Source: the human T2T-CHM13v2.0 reference genome, Homo sapiens | DNA: 64,000 nt | Strand: one strand, 5' to 3' | Assembly (NCBI RefSeq): GCF_009914755.1 | Contig: NC_060933.1 | Shown here: positions 57,052 to 64,000 of the stretch, piece by piece | How the letters are laid out: every line of letters starts with the position of its first letter | Numbering within the stretch: position 1 is the first letter of the stretch | Notes under the pieces: generated by a model | What the model saw: the letters and a program-made list of their open reading frames with translations, nothing else | Told to the model about the DNA's origin: nothing | Databases searched by the model: none | Position numbers and translations under genes: made by a program

Positions 57052-58952
57052 TCAAATACAAGCTACTATAATGGTTTGTTTATAACATTTGTGTCTCTTG
57101 GGCTATGCATCTGAACAAAGATAAGGTATAATTTTAATGAGCACTACATCCCACATTTAATATTGTCAAGGATTTTTAAACAATCTCTTCTGCCCATAGC
57201 ATGGATAGAGGTGGTAAGATCTTTCTTACTTTAAAACAAAGCTCCACTGTAAAGAGAATTCCATTTTATTTCATAGACAAGAAAGAAAGGTTAAACGTGT
57301 TCTTTATGAAATAAAAGAAAGCTGTTTTGAGAAAAGAACAGTTTCATATACTATATTCCTAGCAAGGCTACAGCATAAAATTTGATTCTGTTTAAAAATA
57401 AAATCATCTTGGAGGAAAGCCATGGAATTGAGCCTAATAGGCACCTGCCAAAAGATCTTATCTGGAGCCATCTCCTCCCAAGTGGGACATGTTTTTAAGC
57501 ATCTGAAAAGCCTACATCATTTCTACCTACAGCTAAGAGGGCTAGGGTAAGTAGAGAAGGCTTTGGTCTGTGGATCCTTTTAGAGGCATGGTTTGGGTTT
57601 ACAATCTACTTTTAGAAGATAGAAATAAGTATTTTTAAAAATGGTTTCTGGATTTTGGAGGGTAAGGATGGAATATGAAGTCCTGGGTTGGAAAACTTAT
57701 GTCCTAAAACTAGCTGGTTGGACCAGTTTCAATCTGGTGGCTTCTAGAATTGAACCCACTGGGACTATCCAAACAGACTGCCTACACTACAGAATTGAGA
57801 TGGCTGTGGACCACAAATCAGAAGATGGAGCTTTTCTAACTGGCTTTCTCATTAGATCTTGGGCCAGGTTTCTTTAGGGAAATGATTTAATTCATCTAGG
57901 AAACTATTTTCTATGCTGTGAGCTGTGTTCCCTTTCCATCATTTGCTTCTGCAGGACTGGGTGCTTCCACTCCAGAGCCATGCCCCACCTCTGGGACTCT
58001 CCCACTACCTGCACTCCCAGCACAGAAAGCAGTCTAAGAGAGAGGCTTCTCTAAGATTAGCAAATCCTTCAAAATCCTAACACATCAGCAGAAGGGGGTG
58101 CCATCTGATACCACCTTTCTGATGATAGACACAGTAACTTTCTTAGTGGGGAATCCCAATGATCCCTTAAAAGTGAGCTTGGGAAAGAAAGGTTTAAAAG
58201 AAGATACACTATTTTCCTGAAACCTAATTTTTTCTAAATTCTAAACCTTTTCTAAATAGATCAATTTCACCTATGGAGCAGCTTGCTGATTTGAAACATG
58301 TACAATTGGCCCATTAATGTCTAATTTGCACAAGAATTTTTGGATGTAAGTTTTCATAAGTTTCCAGAAAGCTACCTTGTAGTATAGCCAGTTTCCCAGA
58401 ACTTAAACAAATTAGATTAATCATGCTAGAAACTAAATAAAAGTGCCTTGTTGGGGCCTGTTTGGGCAAGCCCTAATATTCTCTCCTGTTGGCCAAGAAG
58501 AACAGAGCATCTTGGAGGGCTTAGCTACCACCCACTCTGCACGAGAACAGCGATCGGACTCTGAGCTTCAGGGCATATTACTCTTCCTGGGTTCAAACAG
58601 ATGCCAGAATCCTGTTCTGTTGCAGGGATAAATAGTCACAGCTTTTGGTAATTTTTATAGGTACTTTTTAATCTATGGAGAAGTGTGATTTTCACACACT
58701 GGAGCTCAGGGCAACCAACATTTTCTTTTCTGTTATGATCATTTGGCAGAGCTGTTTTAACTCCTCTTCCTGACTTGCTACGTGTCTTTCCCCACCACCT
58801 TTCTGTTCTCATGCTGTGTGATCCACCAGCATCTCTGTATGGTTAGGGGTATTTATAAGCCATGGAGCATGCAGTGACACTTGATTTGTTACTGGTGTTG
58901 ATTTCTTTCATAGAGCTGCATAAGCTTCTTCCTGCATGTCACAGGGCTGCTG

Positions 58953-59270
58953 GAGCTAGATGATTTTGATGAACTGTAGTTCTTATGGATATTTAGTCCC
59001 AATGGAGAGCATTTTTCAAACTTGATCCTCGTGGTTGTGCTAAGAACAAACTTCTCATGGTAGATATGTTTTTCTTTAAGTCTTCTGTGTCTTTCACTTG
59101 GATATCAGAAGTTGACCTATAATGTTCAATTTACCACTCGAATAATTTTTTCAAATATTTTGATAGATTTCCAAAAGATTGATCAGAAACTGGAGCCCAT
59201 GAACAGTGTTAATTGACATGAATAAACTAATGATCTTGAGGATAAATGACTGCATTTTATACCAGATCTT
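58953..59270 (+). repeat. Dispersed direct duplication A, copy 2
   Basis: Aligns end to end with 56729-57051. Confidence 0.95.
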
Positions 59271-59734
59271 AGCCCTAGCCATGTGCCACTAATCGGCCTG
59301 GCTCCGCAGAGAGCATGGAACTGAGCCTGCTGTTGCACGGAGATCGAGTTTATTCCCAGGCATCGTCACTTGATCCCTCCCATGCTCTCACCAGCATTCA
59401 GGAACTGAAAATATTTACTTTGTGTTGATCTGACAAAACCCAGTAAATGGCAAACTTTACAGGGCCCAGAATGCATGCCAAAGGAGCAGAGAGAGGGGGA
59501 TCCGAATAACCCCTGTTCTGCTTGCATGTGGGGGTTTTCTGAGCTGCAGTGCAATCCCAGAGCCAGTCAAGTCTCAGGTTTCTTTGGCCTCTGAAGCCAG
59601 TATTTACTGACCAGGGCTTTGGAACTGAATAAAAGTATGTCAGACCACCCATTTTCATCGCTAAATCTCTTTCTTGGAAATGTAGCTGGAAAAGGTTTTC
59701 TGATCATTTCTCTATCTCTAGTAAAGATTGCTCC

Positions 59735-60175
59735 CTCAATGACTTATTTAACACATTTTTACTGAGCTACCATCATTTTCTAGGCTCTAGTCTAGGTGCT
59801 GGGTATTTAACAGAGAGCAAGAGGTATTAGCTTCAAGACAATGAATCAATAAGATGATTTCAGATTGAGATAACTGGTAGAAAAGAAACAACCAGGGGAT
59901 ATGATAGAGAGTAACTAGAGCCTTGTGACCAAGGGTGATTATAGCAGGCTTTTCCGAGATGCTGCTATTTGACTCAAGGCCTAAAGAACAATAGGCAGCC
60001 ATTCACAAATTGGTAGGTCAGTTTTAAGGCAGAAGGAACAGTAAATATAAAGACCTTGTTGACGGGGCGGGGGGTGGGGGGCAGGAAAGAGCTTCCCATG
60101 ATCAAGGAGTGGAAAAGAAACTGGAGTTCCAGGGACCAAGTGAATGAAAAAAAATGGTGTAGAAGATACCTTGAT
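59735..60175 (-). mobile_element. L2 fragment
   Basis: TTATTTAACACATTTTTACTGAGC...CTAGGTGCTGGG...AGGCAGAAGGAACAG...GGAAAAGAAACTGGAG. Confidence 0.7.
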
Positions 60176-60559
60176 CACTACCTCCCTACTGTTTTTTCAG
60201 GCTACTGATTTGTACTACCATTGCATTAATGGTTTACTCTTGTCATGACACTATACTGGTTTAAACTGCAGGAACATGCAACTAATGCTTGACATAAGCA
60301 CATAAAATCCTTGAAGCTAAGCAGAAGCAAAATGAAGTGCCACTAACATGCTCCAAGGACACATTGAAATGGTGCAGCCCAGGAGGCTTGGACACCCCAA
60401 AGCATGTGGCCACAGGCAACCCACTCTAAGTTCTAGGAATTGTGTTCTATAGTTCTTGAATCCCAGTCTTACAGAACTCCAAGTCATCAATGGCTGCAAT
60501 TCTCCAAGTGAGCACAGGGTCAGTGTAAGTGGAGTTGTCAGTGGGCATCAAGCAAGATG

Positions 60560-60725
60560 GCGGGTGCAGGATTGGAGTTTTCTAGACCTGACTGGGAGTT
60601 CTGATTCTGCCCTTTCTCTTTGTGTTCTGGGGAAAGTATCTTACTTTGTTGAGCCTCTGCTTGCTTATCTGTTCAATGGAGATGGTGACACCTAGTTTGT
60701 AGTATAGATACTATGAGGATAGTAT
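60560..60725 (+). mobile_element. MIR fragment
   Basis: TCTAGACCTGACTGGGAGTTCTGATTCTGCC...GAGCCTCTGCTTGCTTATCTGTTCAATGGAGATG. Confidence 0.6.
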
Positions 60726-60989
60726 TTGAAAAAAAATCCCATTATATTCTCATATGATTCTTTGAGTGTAATATCTTCATGTATAACTGGCTGTCACATG
60801 TAAGGAAATAGCCCTAGAGAAGCTAGTTAATTCCTCCTGTATTTCTTGAGTCAACCAGTAGAAGATGGTGTTTTAATTGGTTCAAGAGAGCAGTGGCTCT
60901 TCCTGTGTCTTAGAAACTTTAAGATATCAGCCAGACTGTGATGCTTCTTTCTCCCTTTAAAGTAGAATTATTTATTAAAAATTAAAGAA

Positions 60990-61165
60990 TGATAATGATG
61001 TGTCAGCGTAGGCTCATGAATTGTATCAAATGCAGCACTCTGGTGGGGGATGTGGATAATAGGGGAGGCTGAGAATTTGTAGGGTGGGAGGATATGGAAA
61101 CTCTCTGTACCTTTCACTCAATGTTGCTGTGGACCTAAAATTGCTTTTTAAAATTTTATTTTAAA
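60990..61165 (+). mobile_element. L1MC1/2-like 3' end
   Basis: CACTCTGGTGGGGGATGTGGATAATAGGGGAGGCT...TATGGAAACTCTCTGTACCTTTC...TGCTGTGGACCTAAAATTGCT. Confidence 0.8.
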
Positions 61166-61309
61166 ATTACAGAATGAATTATTTAATGGCTAAATAAGTA
61201 GCAGTATAGAATATAGGAATGTTTTTATAATAAAAATTTGTGGAGATACACTGAGGACCAATGTCTCCTTGTGTGTCTTTTTTACCAATGCACATAGATA
61301 TCATTACTG

Positions 61310-61903
<594 letters not shown>

Positions 61904-62074
61904 TTATCAGTATTTCTCAATAAACTTATTTCTGAGTATTTATGTTTATGTTACCTAGCCTGAGGCCTCAATTATATCTTCTAGCTGGTTGATTACTATG
62001 TATATAAATTAATGCTATTAACTTTTTCTGTAAGTTTGTAGTTGCACACCTTACTGAATACACGTATATTAGTA

Positions 62075-62417
62075 CAGCCGGCCCTTCATATCCATGGGCT
62101 CTGCATGCATGGATTCAACCAAGCATAAATTAAAAATATTTGAAAAAATAATTGTGTCTGTACTGACCTTGTACAGACTTATTTTTCTTGTCATTATTCC
62201 CTAAACAATACAGTATAACCAGTATTAACATAGCATTTACATTGAATTAGGTATTATAAGTAATATACAGATAATTTAAAATATATTGGAGCATGTGCAT
62301 AAATTATATGCAAATACTACATACACCATTTTATATCAGAGACTTGAGCATCCTCGGATTTTGGTAGCAATGAGGAGTCCTAGAACAAATCTCCCTCGAT
62401 ATCGAGGGATGACTCTG
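62075..62417 (+). mobile_element. MER2 TcMar-Tigger MITE
   Basis: TA-flanked CAGCCGGCCCTTCATATCCATGGG...GGATTCAACCAA...TTGTCATTATTCCCTAAACAATACAG...GAGGGATGACTCTG. Confidence 0.9.
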
Positions 62418-62546
62418 TATAGATCAGATATAAACTGATATATATACTTATATATTGTGTGTATATTGTGTATGTGTATATATAATCTATTAATATATGC
62501 GCATATATTGCACTTATGTTAATTACAGTTATATGTAATTAACATA

Positions 62547-62830
62547 TAATTTACAATAATTCTTGTCTCCTTATAGAACATGCTTCCTGTCCTTTCTCGG
62601 TTTTTAAAGGTTGTCTTAGTTGTTCTTGATTTTCTTTTTACTCTAATATGTGGATTCTGTGTTCCATGCTACAAAAAAAATGTTGCTTGAATTTTTATTA
62701 GAATTTTCTTAAATTAATAGATTAATTTGAGGATGATTCACATCCTTAGAATGTTATTTTCTTCTCCAAGGACTTGATTTTTTCCCCATTAATTTAGGTC
62801 TTCTTTTTTGTGCTTAGTAGAATTTTAAAT
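62547..62830 (+). repeat. Dispersed direct duplication B, copy 2 (Alu-free)
   Basis: About 20 substitutions and 3 small indels versus copy 1; flanked on both sides by TA/TG low-complexity sequence. Confidence 0.92.
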
Positions 62831-62884
62831 ACATATATGTGCATATATGTGTCTTTGTGCATATGTTGTGTGTGTGTGTGTATA

Positions 62885-63830
62885 TAATCTCAGAATCCAG
62901 AATGTGTAAATAGCTGATACAAATTAACAAGGAGAAATGTGAAAAATCTGATAGACAATTCAGCAAAGGATAGAAACAGGGAATTCACAAAATAGAAGAA
63001 CCAAATGACCAATAAATGTATGAAAAATCATTTTACCTTACTGGTAATCCGAGAAATAATATAGTTTTCATATGACAATGTGAAAAAAATATAATTTGGT
63101 AACAATAAAATTGATGTACAATATCAGATGCTGGCAAGCATCAGGTAAAGGAGAAGCCTCACACTCCTAAAGGGACTATAAATGTGTCCAATCACTTTGG
63201 AACACAGTTCCTCAGTATCTGGAATATCTGGTGTCTACCCAATATCCTACATCCATCTAGTAATTCTACTTCTAGGTGTAATCCTTAAGGAAACCCTTGC
63301 ATCTGTGCACAAGGAGACATATACATAAATGTTGAGTGAGGCATGCTATGTGACAGTAAAATTTGTTAAAAAGTCAAACTCTCATTAATCTGATGGAATA
63401 CTGCACGGCCAACAAAATGAATGAATTAGTTCCATAAAAATTAACATAGACAATTCTCAAAACATACTGCTAAATAAAAAAGCAAATAACAGAATTTTAC
63501 ATACAGAATGATGCAATTTATATACATTTTAAAAACGCAAAGCAATGCTGCTGTCAGGCAGCACATATACGTGTAGCAACAAGGACTGAAAGAATAACAC
63601 CAAAGTCACGACAGTGATTGTCTCCATCAGGGAGGGAGGAAAGAAGGAAGGGGAATTAGAGTATAAAACCAAAAGAATAAAAAAGGACTTAAGCTCTAAT
63701 ACAGTATCCTTATTTCTTTCATGGAAATTAACCCAAAGCCCAAATGACAGTATGTTAGCACTTATCATTGCTTATGAATTTTAGTCATACATTTGATTGT
63801 TCATTGTATACTAAACCTCTCTGATTTTTT
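62885..63830 (+). mobile_element. Old L1ME 3' fragment
   Basis: CAAATGACCAATAAATGTATGAAAA...AGTAATTCTACTTCTAGGTG...TGTGCACAAGGAGACATATAC...ATGAATGAATTAG. Confidence 0.75.
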
Positions 63831-63835
63831 TAACT

Positions 63836-64000
<165 letters not shown>

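Noticed and set aside
58084-58126. Imperfect inverted repeat with CTCF-like halves
   Set aside because: Several mismatches in both the stem and the motif core; not distinguishable from chance

Overview
Primate, most likely human, non-coding genomic DNA (intronic or intergenic). The evidence is 14 Alu dimers/partials (J, S and Y types) plus 2 FRAM monomers, a 4.1 kb 5'-truncated L1PA nested in an older L1, several MaLR/ERV solo LTRs (MLT1, MLT2, MER52), DNA-transposon relics (Charlie4a, MER5, MER58B, MER81, Tigger2a, MER46C, MER2) and many MIR/L2/L1M fragments. I found no supportable protein-coding exon, RNA gene, CpG island or CRISPR array, and I cannot name the host locus. The only real protein homology is a decayed L1 ORF2. 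I found no demonstrable new biological system. The most unusual signal is a set of local copy-paste/template-switch scars: an 18-nt patch inside an Alu copied from 800 bp away, a 27-bp and a ~320-bp non-tandem direct duplication, a ~285-bp duplication that landed in a TA-rich tract next to a perfect hairpin, and nested fold-back palindromes. Also notable are a ~1 kb strand-asymmetric array of about 34 TGCATG (RBFOX) motifs, a compact AP-1/SOX/NF-kB/TEAD motif cluster, and RFX X-boxes. Repeat subfamily names come from recalled consensus sequences and the boundaries of old elements are approximate; all counts are manual.
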